NCBI GenBank assembly: GCA_043228905.1
Contig: JBHGNT010000016.1
Span: forward strand, 744,001 to 808,000
Length of the DNA stretch: 64,000 bases
Source: Azolla caroliniana
Taxonomy: Eukaryota > Plantae > Polypodiophyta
Reading direction: 5' to 3'
Of this stretch, positions 1 to 12,330 are shown piece by piece. A program made the translations under genes and the position numbers. The notes under the pieces were generated by a model. The model searched no databases. It was not told where the DNA came from and worked only from the letters and a program-made list of their open reading frames with translations. How positions within the stretch are numbered: the stretch's first letter is position 1; every line of letters begins with the position of its first letter.

Positions 1-890
1 AAGAAGAGGTGTTGGTCAGACCATGTGCTGACATCGAGTGTGCTTTATGCCTCATTACAAACATTTTGCCATGGTTGTCATAGTCGGAATTCGAGGCATA
101 GTTAGTGAGTTGTTAGTTGGTCAAAGTCGACTCTCGTTCCTTCTTTCGACACTCCTCTTTGTAGTGGTCGAATTTTCCACAATACCCGCATTTGATCAGG
201 TTGTTTTGGTGACTTGTTCAGGTAGGATGGCTCCCCATTATGCCAAACTCCCTTGGTGTATTCCTGGCTTCTTGCCAATGGTGGGGGTTGTGTTCTCGGG
301 TCGGCTGATCATGTCAACCTCGTCTGAATTGACCTCTATTTCCTCGATCGAATCCTCTTCCCTCGTCCGATTGGGAGTAGAGCATATAACCATCTGGTGT
401 ATTGCACCTTGATCGAACATGGGTTTCTTCAAGTAGTAATATTGATTGCAGGTCGAAAAATGAGGGGGATTCTCCCTTGCAAGGATGGTCAATCTGATCG
501 TGTCGAATCATGGTGCTAAGACGTTGAGGCATATTTGCACCATTTCATCATCGTTGATGATGACATTGATCGATTCAAGGGCGTCTCACAACTCCTTCAT
601 CATCAAGGTATAACTGGTGATTGACATATCCCTTTGCTGAATATTGTTCAACTCTTGACAGAGTTGAAGCTTGCGTGTGGCCGTGTTGGCAGCGAAAATA
701 TTCTTGAGGTTGCCCAATGCTTCTTTATGCATTTATGCCTCTTGAATGCACCCTAGCATGTGATCATGGACACATGATGCTAGGTAGTACAACACGCGAT
801 TGTCACTTGCTCCCAAGCTAGTAGTCAACATGTGCCGGGTCGGGTTGATTTTCTTGAGATCCTTCAACGTAACACCAATAGCCTTGGCCG
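1..890 (-). mobile_element. Ty1/Copia gag fragment, decayed
   Basis: Minus-strand translation gives NRVLYYLASCVHDHMLGCIQEA...GNLKNIFAANTATRKLQLCQELNNIQQRDMSITSYTL, which resembles a Copia gag (UBN2-type) domain. It has stops and frameshifts, and the boundaries are approximate. Confidence 0.7.
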
Positions 891-894
891 ATGA

Positions 895-1773
895 GATATT
901 GTTGCAAGAATTGGATGATGATTTCCTAAAACAATATTGGAAACAATTATGGGCCACTAAGATTGTTGAAAAAATAAAAGCTTTCTTATAATTATGTAGA
1001 CACAAATCTCTTTCGATATGCGCTTGGCTACGGGGATTTGATGGGCAATGAAGTTGTGCTCGTCAACACTAGAATCTCTAGAGCATTGCTTATGGGAATG
1101 CTCTCATGCACAAGAAGTTTGGTCGAATGTGATGAGAATACTAAGGAAGAGTAGGTTGGAAGGCTCCATATATTTGGGATTTGCATTATGGTGGAGATTG
1201 GAGAAGAATGCTTGGATATCACGGAACTTAGGTAGGCTGAAGGAGTTTTGTGTGCAAAGAAGTAAATGCATTGTACAACAAGCCAGGGATTTGCAAATTT
1301 GGTGTTTGAATAGGCTAAATCTGGCCCACTATAGCTTCTATCACGCAATGGAATGTTTGGAAATCTAAATGTAAAGTAGGTCTCGTGGAAGAAGAAAGTC
1401 GACCAAAGGAGACCATCACTGCCCTATGGTATGATCTGATTACGAATATACAAGCTCGATATGAAGAATTGGAAGGAACTTCTGACATGGTGGAAGTTGC
1501 GAGACTTTTTGTTTCGACAATCATGGTCAGATTCACACTTGGTGGATTATGTAGATGACGTGTCGAAGTGGTGTTACACCACCCAAAATGGTTATTTCCA
1601 CCTTGGCAACCCAACCAGGAAGGTACATGGTATTTTTCTGAAATTTTACATATTGCAGGATGATAAATGCATACTAGGGTAATGTGGTTGCATGTGTATG
1701 ATTCAGTTGTACGTATCAGGGTGTAAAGGCACTCTACCTAACTAATGGGAAGTATCTTTTTATATAAAAAAAA
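895..1773 (+). mobile_element. 5'-truncated LINE (L1-like) ORF2 3' end with zf-RVT region and A-rich tail
   Basis: KQYWKQLWATKIVEKIKAFL followed by CSSTLESLEHCLWECSHAQEVW matches the zf-RVT pattern of plant LINEs. The segment ends in TATATAAAAAAAA at about 1761-1773 and is frameshifted. Confidence 0.65.
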
Positions 1774-4324
1774 CTTTAAGTTAATATAGTTACTTAAGGA
1801 ATTCCCCACTTGTACTAATAGGTGAGGTCATGATAGAACCACAAATGTGTTCATTTTATTGTAATTAATCAATGATTGCCGAGTGAATTCTGTTAGGAGG
1901 TTCTATCCTACTCCATGTAGAAGACCACATGCGTGGTTCAACCCATTGTTGTTATTCACGCCTCACAATTATTCGAAAGAAGCTCTCATTGTGTAAATGG
2001 ACGAGTGAGCATGTGTTTTTACCAAGTGATGAACATGCACAAAATTAGGTATATTGTGTACAAGGAATTTCCAATATCATCAAGTTATTCTATATCTCAA
2101 TCCAAATTTGGGCTAACATATCCAAAACCACTATTACACTCTTGAGTCTTATATTTCATATTGTAACCAAGTAAAGAATCCTTCTTATGGCGTTTATTAG
2201 CTAGCAAAAATATGTGTTTGCTTTGTCCAATCTATTGTGCATGGGAACCTATTTGGCAGAACTAGAATAAGAAAACAAAATTTTGCCTTGAAATTTGTTG
2301 TAGAAGGCCCAAGAACATGAATAGATATCCCAAGAAGTTTGTATATTCTAAGTAACTTTAGTAGTGAAAAACCATTCTCCTAGCAAGGAAGGCAAGGAGA
2401 TTGTCTTACCATGTATGTATAATGTAATAGATTTTCTCCTTATTGCATGTGATATCCTTTGGAACAAGTAGCATTAACTAATCAACTCCATCAGATGCTT
2501 CATAACGGTAAGAGAAATTAATTATCTACCCTTCATGAAGATCCCATATCATTGATACATGTTTAAATTTTGATAGTTTGAGCAATGTTTCAAGCATCAA
2601 TATGTCATGCAACAAACCCACCTTCAAGGCCTACCCACACACATCATATTATTTTTTCGGTCATATGCAAGTGTACATTACCACAAGAAGTTGTCAAAGA
2701 CCTTTATGTATAGCTAAAAAGTCACGATATCGAGCAAACTATGTTTAGATTGTTGTGACCCTTCATATATGATTGTGAGATTTTATATATAGACCAAAAT
2801 ATCAATGTAAATTTGATTCCAATTTTGAGTGAGATGATATAATAGTCTTAGTACTCCTTCTTAGTACAATAAATTAAAAGTTATGGGTCAACCATAAGTG
2901 AAGCGAAACAAGTTAACTAGACTCAAAATTGAAGACATGATCTTTAAAGCTTTTGTCCAATGTTAGTCCCATTTCACCAAATTGGCTTAGCAATGTTTTT
3001 GCAGCACAAGTCACTCTCAGTACAATAAGGTGCGACCAAGTTCGTCACTATGTTGTTGTCTTGGTAATCTTCCAATGGATATTGATTTTGCCTTGACATG
3101 ACAAACTCTCTTGAATAAACATATCGCTTGACATTTGCAACAATCATTAGAGTAATTGGGTTACTTGATAATCAATCATAATTTTTATATAGCTACAATC
3201 CCATTAGTTAGTCAATAATCTCATACGTCCATTAGTAATATTGGTCTAACCTTCCATGTGCACCACTGTTATTAGTCTAGTCCCCTATGTGTAGCTTTTT
3301 CTATAACTACTTAGTACAATAAGTGTAGTCTCCTATATGTACTATTTTTTCATAACAACATAGTATTGTATGTATATGAGCATTTATTTCACTTTCCTTT
3401 CTTTTTTCTTCTAATATTAGAATTATTTATAGTAGTTTCAACTCTGACAACATCAACATGCAAGCTCCAACATAGACAATACCATATATAGAGTTGTTAG
3501 AACATCATTGCAAGCAGATATGTTAGAACTTGGAAGAGGTGACACTTTCTTTAATTGAGGGATTGTGCCTTTTCTATAAACAAATACAACATCTCAAAAA
3601 TACACATTCCATATCCCAAAATGTTTCGTGCATAAAGGAGCAACCATTTGCATGAAAATGTTGTCTTTGAGTCACAAAATTAAGGAGTAAACTCCTTTCC
3701 GAGCTAAGTGCACATTTTCAAGATGTTTGAATCCATGCGCGATGTGCATCAAATTTCAAGAGTCAAATACATAAGGTAAACATCTTAGTACATTTATGGT
3801 TTAGTTAAGTGTCAAACATATTAAGAGCTAGATTTATGCGTGAAATGTTCAAGGTGCTCCGTTAGACAAGAACTCAACGTCAAGAAAAATTGAATGTGTA
3901 ACAACCATCTCCGTAGCTGCCGCCTATGCCTAAGTCGCTACGTTTCAATGCCAAGTTACTTGCTTATGTTTATTAATATTTTTGTTTACGGGTAGGGGAT
4001 ATCCATGATGCTAACAATGATGTCAAGATGAATTATTTGGTGTCGAGGGAAATTCGGTGAGTGACTACACTAACTAATGACCATATTACCCCCTCTCCCC
4101 CCCCTACCCCATTAACATTAACAACAAAACACACAAGCATAGCATAATACACACTTGGGGAATAGTCCTTTCTTTACACACTTGTGGAGGGGGAAACTTA
4201 CAAAGACTTTCATTGTTGCCAGCAATTTTAGGTTTTCAGAACAGGGAAGGCAAGGCAGGGCAGAGCAGAACAGAGCAGAACAGAACAGAACAGAAGAACA
4301 GAGGGAATTCTTCTCGATTGATCG

Positions 4325-7240
4325 ATGGGCGACTGGGAGAACTCGCCAGCGAAGCGACCTTATCCCCGCCACGAAGATGAAAGAGACAGGGACAGGGACA
4401 GGGACAGAGACAGAGACGACAGAGACGGGATGAGACACAAAAGGAGGCGTCCATCCGAGACAGATCATCGTCTCCCACCGTCGTCATTTTCTTCTTCTGA
4501 TGAGATCGAGTATAGGATCCTTTGTCCCATAGCCAAGATCGGTGGAGTTATTGGAAAGGGCGGGAGCATAATCAAATCTCTTCGTGAAGAAACTGGTGCA
4601 AAGATCAGGGTCGAGGATGTGGTTCATCACTCTGATGAAAGGGTCATCTATGTTAGCTCTGCCCCAGGAAAAGACAGAAACGGAGATAAAGAGAGAGGCA
4701 GAGAGAGAGAAAGAGATCGAGACAGGGACAGAGACAGAGACAGAGACAGTGACGATTCAAGAGATAGGGATAGAGATAGTCGGGATTCACGAGAGAGGAG
4801 CAGAGAGAGAGAAAGAGAAAGATATGACATGCTTTGCCCTGCACAGGAAGCATTATTGAAGATACACGAGAGAATCACCACAAGAGAAGATCGAAACAAT
4901 ATCCGGGATAATGTAGATTCTGGGGACGAAGAGGAGGAGAAAGAAGATGAACCTAATTTGGCTCGACTTCTTGTTTCGGATGCTCAGGTGGGTTGCCTAA
5001 TCGGAAAAGGTGGCCGAATTATCGAACAAATGCGAAAGGACATTGCAGTACAGATCCGGGTTCTCCCCAAATCAAGCTTGCCTCCCTGCGCCTTCCCCAA
5101 TGACGAGCTTGTCCAAGTAAGGGCAAAATAAACCGTATCATTTTCCCTCCCTTTTCGATTCCTTTTCATGATGATGAATTTGGCCCCTTCTATAGGCATT
5201 TTTTCTATGTTCTAGTTTCATTTGTCAAGATCCTCATCATCACAAGATAGCATATTCAGGATGTGGGTGAGAATACACATTTTGCTGACATGAAAAACAC
5301 AATAATGCTTTGAAAAAGAAATATAAAGCCTCATTGTCAATGCTGAATCTTATCTTCAACATAGCATATTGGGAAACATGATGAGACGTCAAACCCCACA
5401 TTAAGTGTGGTAATGAGCCATGATGTAAGTGTGGAGCCCGACCTTCAGCCTGGCATATTGAGAAACTCGATATGCTGTTAAACCCCATCCTAATCATTAT
5501 CGTAAGCTGTTGTATATGCTATACAGTGAACATCTTGACATAATATGATGTTAAGCCCAAGTCCTACGTAAGCATTGTTACAAGCCATGGTCTAAGATAT
5601 GCAGTCAATACCGTTCCTGGTTCTCTAGTATATGGTTTTCCTTGAAGAAATGTCATCCTGGCAGTTTTGATCTAATCAATATTGCCAAGCTTTAGAATCA
5701 TGATATGCCTGCAGCAACCATCATAATTTTTTTGCGTACAATCTTACTCCCGATCATGAGTTTTCTTTTGGTATCTTGCCAAATGGATTAATTAAACTCT
5801 CGCTTTACACACTGAATGAATAGCTTACTGGCAAAGCAGAAAAATTACTAGAATAAGAAAATCATCAAGATTTTGGTGGTGTTGGCTGCCATTTTGATGA
5901 CTTATTTTAACTCTACATTAGCAAACTTCTGGATTTAATCAATAACGTTTGACATACCTTTGAAAGCCAAAAACGGCTGCTAGAATCCATAGAACCTCCA
6001 ACAGCATTCACCTCGTCAATTCCTACTTCCATCTATGTTTATTGGCATACTAGAGTGCATTAATAGGATTACATTTCCTTCGCTCTTGCAGTTGTCTGGA
6101 ACCCCTTCACTTGTCAAGAAAGCCCTATATGTTGTATCATCAAAGCTCTACGAGAATCCAATCCAAGAGAGAGCAAATCGACCTGTCACATTTCCTCATC
6201 CCGCATCTATCCCCGGTGGTGGTATGTACCCTGCCTTCCACCCTCCGAGCTCAATTGTTAGCATTGGACACTTTGGTGGGCGAGGAAGTGGTGGGAATGC
6301 TTTCCCAGCACGAGCTGGCAGGTCCGAAGGTCACTCCGAGGAAGAACTTATGGTCTGTATCTTATGCCCTAATGAAAAGATAGGCAGTATGATTGGAAAA
6401 GGTGGCAGTGTGATTCGCAAGCTCCGTGAAGATTCTAGTGCCAAGATCAGAGTATGTGACCAGGTTGGAGATGCAGACGAGCGAGTTATCCAAATATCTG
6501 CTATTGAGGTAATTCAACGGAACACTCTCTTATGCCATCTTATGTTATGATGTTGATGATTGCTACGTCTTATGTTTCTTTTTCTTTCTAATTTAATGAT
6601 ATCAATGATTAAGATCTACCCTGGTTTTGTAGTATATTGATGGCTATGCCTCCCCTGTTCTTGAAGCTGTCATACAAGTGTGCAGGCGATTAGCAGATAT
6701 TGCTGCTGATAAGGAAGGTCGAAATGCCATTCTTTCGATCCGAATATTAGTACGCTCTAGTCAAATAGGTTGCCTGTTGGGCAAAGGGGGTCAGATCATT
6801 ACTGAGATGAGAAGGACAAGTAGGGCAAATATTCGCATTCCTCCTAAAGAGGAGCTACCCCGATGTGCTGATGAGGGCAGCGAACTTGTTCAGGTGGGAG
6901 AGAAGATAACATAATAGTTATGGCTCATTAAATTTACTTTCTTCTTCTGTGTAAGCATGCTAATACATATTCTTTTGGATATGTATATACATCTCAGATT
7001 TCTGGAGAGGCACCGATGGTGGAGGCTGCCCTTATTCAGGTGCTAACAAGGCTTCGTAGTAACCTATTTAGAGGACGGGATACGAGTCGTGGAAGTTTCC
7101 TGGGCAATGAATCTGCTATGCCAGCATATGGAGGAAGAGATGATCCAATCTCTCCTGGGGGCTATCCCAATGACTATGGTGATTATAGCACTTCCCCAGG
7201 TGCTCGGAGTACTAAGGATTCTCGCCGCCGACCTCATTAG
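4325..7240 (+). CDS. KH-domain RNA-binding protein (four KH domains; HEN4/RCF3/PEPPER-like family), about 570 aa
   Basis: Exons 4325-5116, 6092-6508, 6633-6893 and 6998-7240 with GT-AG phase-0 introns join in frame. Four GxxG KH loops are present (IGKGGS, IGKGGR, IGKGGS, LGKGGQ), plus RD/RE-rich low-complexity stretches. Confidence 0.9.
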
Positions 7241-7354
7241 AACACCGTTATTCAGTGTTGGGAGAGAATTATATTTAAATGATAACAGGTGGAAATTTGG
7301 CTGGTTAGGGAGCTCATTTTTGTGTTTTTTTCTGCTTTCAACATAAGAACACCA

Positions 7355-7530
7355 CTGTTGCATGGATGGATGGATGACTTTGGTACTTGCCTGGTAACCA
7401 GTTTTATAACATAGTCCCACTATTGCATAGATGGATGACTTTGGTACTTGCCCTGGTAACCAGTTTTGACATAGTCCCATTGTTGCATAGATGGATAACT
7501 TTGCTAATTACCTTGGTAACCAGTTTTAAT
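7355..7530 (+). repeat. Tandem repeat, about 57 bp x3, just downstream of the KH stop codon
   Basis: The unit GATGGATGACTTTGGTACTTGCC(C)TGGTAACCAGTTTT..ACATAGTCCCA..TTGCATA occurs three times with some divergence. Confidence 0.8.
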
Positions 7531-9246
7531 GTAGTCCTGGTTTATATTAAAGTCTTAGTTGATAAACTTGATTCTAGCAATGCTTGGATGGCACAAGAAG
7601 AAATTGAACCAGCCTTGCCTTTGAAGCGCCATCGTATTCTATGATTTGTGAAAGGTGAAGTAAAGTGATTTGAAACTTTATTTTGACCTTGTTATGTAGT
7701 AATCATGGCTGTGGTCTCTAGATGTTGCTGTGTACTCGTACTGTTGATTAAATTATGTTTGTATTTCATTCATTGACGTTAATACATAAGAATCAATGTG
7801 CTTAAGAATTTGAATGGATGTTATAAGCTGCTTATACATTGAAAACTTTGTTTTGGTTAGACCTAAAGTGATACATGGAAGTTCTTGATACCGTTGGTTG
7901 GATTTCTTTGTGATGATGATTTCTTAGCTTTTCAGCCCAATCTCCTAAAACTATGTTATATTTAAATTGTAAAAGGCAATGACAAACATGGAAAATTTGA
8001 GGGGTGTCAGACTGAATTCTAAATGCTTTACAGGATTCTAGAGATTGACATATTGCTATGTTCTCGTTAGGAGTTATGATGGAGGGTGAGGAACAATTTT
8101 GGGAATATGATTAACATTTAGTAGTTCCAGTTTATTGGTAAGTGGCTAACCTTTCTATGTAGTTTGTTGTACATATTTCGAGATGTAATCATATATGTTA
8201 GTGAATGCAGATATTCAAGGTATGTCTTGGCTATGCCTCTTTGATAAGAATATATGTAGATTTAGCTAATTGTGTTGACAAATATGAATGAGATCAGTTG
8301 GATATTGCATGATTTGAATTATAGGTATCTTTTTAACATCCACAGGACACCGATTGATGTCTAGGAGATGGGGCCTAGCCCATGGCAAGGAATGCCTTGA
8401 GGTTCTCTCAATTATATGACTTAGATGCTGTGGTGAAGGGACAGTTGAAAGGGATGTGAGTGATACCAATTTGTCACTGTTATCCATTGAAGTGAAAACT
8501 CCATCCCATCTACACGAAAGATATCATTTTATCATAACATTTGAAGTTTGATGGAAAGTGAGAATCAACCTTAATCATGGCAATTGCCATGCATTTTCAA
8601 TCCTCATTCATGATTGCAAGGAACCAATGATTTGTGGCATGAACTTTTTACGACAACTTGCACTTTTGGTCTTATACCCTAAACGAGCTCAATTTTGTGA
8701 TGAATATTCTCAAGTCATTAGAAGAGTAGGTTCACCTTGATTCTTTGGTACATACAATAGAACCGACACAAAACATACATATGAACAGTCCAATTAAATG
8801 AAGGATGCATTGTTACCACATGAGACATTTGCAAGTTAGAGAGCTACCTTTCATCGTGAAGCAAGCCATGGTACAATTAGATCGTTTTGCTATCAAAGCA
8901 CCAAGGAGCTAGTTGCTCTACGACGTTGCGTGTAATGGCCAAGATTTCCGTGTAGTGACTGACTGGCAACACATTGAGAAAGCAAAATCACCACATGAGA
9001 TACGTACAAACTGAGTTACTCTCTTGTGAGACATTCATTCAACACATTCTACATTTGGTCAATAATTTGGTTTAGGAGATATTCTCTTGTGAGACAAGAC
9101 GTTGATATTCACATTCACCTGCTGCTTAAGTGAGTGAGTGACAGAGAGAGAGAGAGCGCTAGGTACAGGCTATCTATCTATGTATATTCTCCTATATGTA
9201 CATATGTATATGGCAAGATAGTCTCGAGGTTTTGAAGGCGGCGGCG

Positions 9247-10148
9247 ATGGAGACGTATGCATCCCTCTTCTGTAGTCTTTGCGGCACCCTCCTCTCTTTC
9301 GAGTCTGAGACTGCTGCATCATGCCCCCTCTGCCACTCCCACAAGGAAACCACAGGTCAAGCTGTGTGTCTCATCCCTTTCCCTCTTCCTTCCTTCCTTC
9401 CTGTCGTCCTTAAGTCTCGATTCTTCTTTTCCCCCCGTCTGATTCTATCTGGTCTTATTAATGTTCCCTAACAGCCATTCAGGAGAAGGAATTCTGGTAC
9501 CGCACCACCGCCGAGGTACCATATCGATCCAACCCCTTCTCTTTATCTTTTGGAAATTTCTCATCTTTGCATACATCAGAGGACAGCGTGAGATTCATGG
9601 TTTCTTGAAGCATAACCCAGGATCTGTTAAGAAGGCTGGCGATTGAACCACTCATAAAGCCTTCTTCTTCGAACCAAGTTGCAGGGGAAAGCGCAGAAGA
9701 GGCACCTCAACGTGCTGTGGTAACTAACGTATTCCTTGTTTATTCTTCTGATTAGTAATGCGTCCATTGCATTTCAGTCTACGCTGTGTCGTTTACAAGC
9801 AGAAGCTTAGGCTCCAACATTTCTGTCTACTTCACATATGTATTTACATTTGTACATGTTTTGAGGTCTGATTTGAAAGTTTCCTGTATTTCTTGGTTTC
9901 ATCACTATCTTATGCCCCAAAGGTCAATGATGAATGTCCAAAATGCCACAACCCACAGCTGGAATACTACACTAGACAGGTAACCACAAATCCTTAGGGG
10001 ATTAGTTTGAGAAAACGGGCATTATTTTGACGTGCTTTTTGATTGCTTTTTTATGGCATTTTCCTTGCAGCTGCGGTCTGCGGACGAGGGGCAAACCGTA
10101 TTTTATGAGTGTCCCAATTGCCATTACAAGTTTGCACAAAACATGTGA
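9247..10148 (+). CDS. RPA12: DNA-directed RNA polymerase I subunit RPA12 (TFIIS-like zinc ribbon), 127 aa
   Basis: Exons 9247-9355, 9475-9515, 9621-9719, 9923-9979 and 10071-10148 are all GT-AG and in frame. The N-terminus has FCSLCGTLL...CPLC. The C-terminus has [32 protein letters not shown], and RSADEGQT is the RPA12 signature. Confidence 0.93.
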
Positions 10149-11329
10149 TATGGTCTGATTGTTATCATGCCATATCTCAAGTGTGCATGTGCCATGCCAA
10201 CTTTCCACTTGGGCCATTTTTTAAAGATCTCATTCACGGGAACTTACCAAGTTTGGTGCTCTTTGGGTTTGCAGACCCAATGATTGTACAAGAATAGAAT
10301 AGCATAGGTTTTTTTATCCTCCATCAGGAGACCCAGAGTTTGTACAAGAGAATCTGAAAGTGCTTTTGGTATTGCAAGCGTTTGCCACTCCATGGTTTTT
10401 TCGTTCTCTTATTTAATGTAACCAAACAAATGTTTGATGTCTTTCTTTAGCTTTAAATTCAAAGAATTCAGGTTCATGTTATGACCATTCTCTGCCCAAG
10501 TTGTCTTGTTTATGTTAGAGAAACCATGGATCCTTTCGAATATGCGAGATCCTTCCGAAGCTTGAAATGCCAGGATTCTAGGTTTCTTTAAGGAAATTCC
10601 ACAGGTTCAAAGTATTTCATAAACATTCAGTAATTTGACTTGTGAAATAGCCGTAAAAATGACATTTCATAAGATCCAAGGAGACCCACAAATAACGTCC
10701 CTGGATCATCATGCCAATTGCTTAAATTCATATATATCTAAAATCTCCACATTCTTTGTGAGCCATAACTTCCAAGATCGAGGATTTAGAGATCCTATCA
10801 CTATTTGCATAAACTGCGACACTTTTGTATATATGTCATTCTCTACACCACTCATCAGCTCTCCTCTTTTAGTGCATAATAAGGCTCAATATTGATCAAA
10901 TGCTAATTTACATCCAAATGAGAGTGTAGGGTCCTCCAAAGTTAACGCAAATGACCTTATGTGCAGGGTTTTGCTAAATATCATGGATGACAACATATGG
11001 GTACATTTGTATCTACATGTACATTGGGAGACTTGGACCCCATATGGTTGCAACATACATGAGGTTAGGGTGGATGATGTCAAATAACAATGCTTTGGTA
11101 CAAGGTTCTTGGAAGTGCGCTTCTTGGCACAATTGTTTTTGCATGCCCATTGGCTAGAGTTAAATATCGTTGAGTGAGTCAATCTTTGGCACCTTAGGAC
11201 ATAGCGAAGTGCCTTCTCATGTTTGCAAAAATGTGACACCTAGCTATACATATGAGCACACCATTTCATCCTACTCCCATTATAGGGTGAAGTTAGTTTG
11301 TCAATTAGTCGACATGAATGTGTGGAATG

Positions 11330-12330
11330 CTATAGTAGGAGTGATGAGGATCACTGCCTCTTCACCAAAACAACTCGAGATGGGTCACTTATCTTCCTCA
11401 TCATTTACTCTCCGGGCGGCATGATGGAGAGCTTGCTGAACTCGTTCGACAAATGCGGTTGAAATTCGCCATGAAAAACCTCAGTCCGGTGAGACACATT
11501 TTAGGGATGAAGATAAGTCAGCTTCGGAATTGAACACAATTGTTCTTGACTCAAGCCGACTATATTGGACGTGTCTTGGAACGCTTGAACATGCAATCAG
11601 AAAAATCTGCTTCGACCCCACTCTCAATTAGACTTTGACTATCTCAGAGGGACTGTCCTACATCCGGTTCGGAGGGGGAAATTATGAAGTCAGTGCCATA
11701 TGCATCAACTGTTAGCTCCTTAATGTACGCGATGGTTGCAACACGACCGGATTTAACCCATCCTGTAGGAGTCGTCAATAGATTTATCCAAAATCCTGGC
11801 TAATTGTATTAGAACGTAGTAAAGCATTTGTTCAGATATCTCGTGGGCACAAGAGACTATGACATCCTATTCGGACCGAATGATACTTCAAGCGTAGTCA
11901 ATTATACCGACTCGGACTTTGTTGACTGTGTGGACAGTCAAAACTCGACAACCGAATACTACATTAAATTCGACAATGGAGCAATCTCATGGAAGTCGAA
12001 ACTTCAGAAGTGCATTGCTATGTCAATGACCAAGGCTGAATATGTAGCTGCGTCCGACGTGGCGAAAGAGGCCTTATGGCTCGGTCGGCTGGCACACACT
12101 TTTTGACAAGCGAACTGCGATTCGTCTCCAGTTGTCTACAACGATAGTCAAGGCACGGTCACTTTGTCAATAAATCTGGTTCAACACAATGCCTATAAGC
12201 ATATAGACGTGAGATATCACTTCATTTGGAACTACACCATCTTAGGGAAAATCGTTCTCAGGAAGATATCTACAGTTAATAATGTTGTAGATGGGATGTC
12301 GAAGTGTCTTTCGGTGGGATCGGTTCCGGT
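11330..12330 (+). mobile_element. Ty1/Copia RT-RNase H fragment, decayed (Tnt1/Tork-like)
   Basis: Motifs KFAMKNL, VPYASTVSSLMYAMVATRPD, YTDSDF, GAISWKSKLQKCIAMSMTKAEY and KHIDVRYHF are present. The YVDD region appears deleted and there are stops. Confidence 0.85.

Noticed and set aside
4118-4899. Antisense and overlapping ORFs at KH exon 1
   Set aside because: They are shadows of the low-complexity RD/RE coding repeats.
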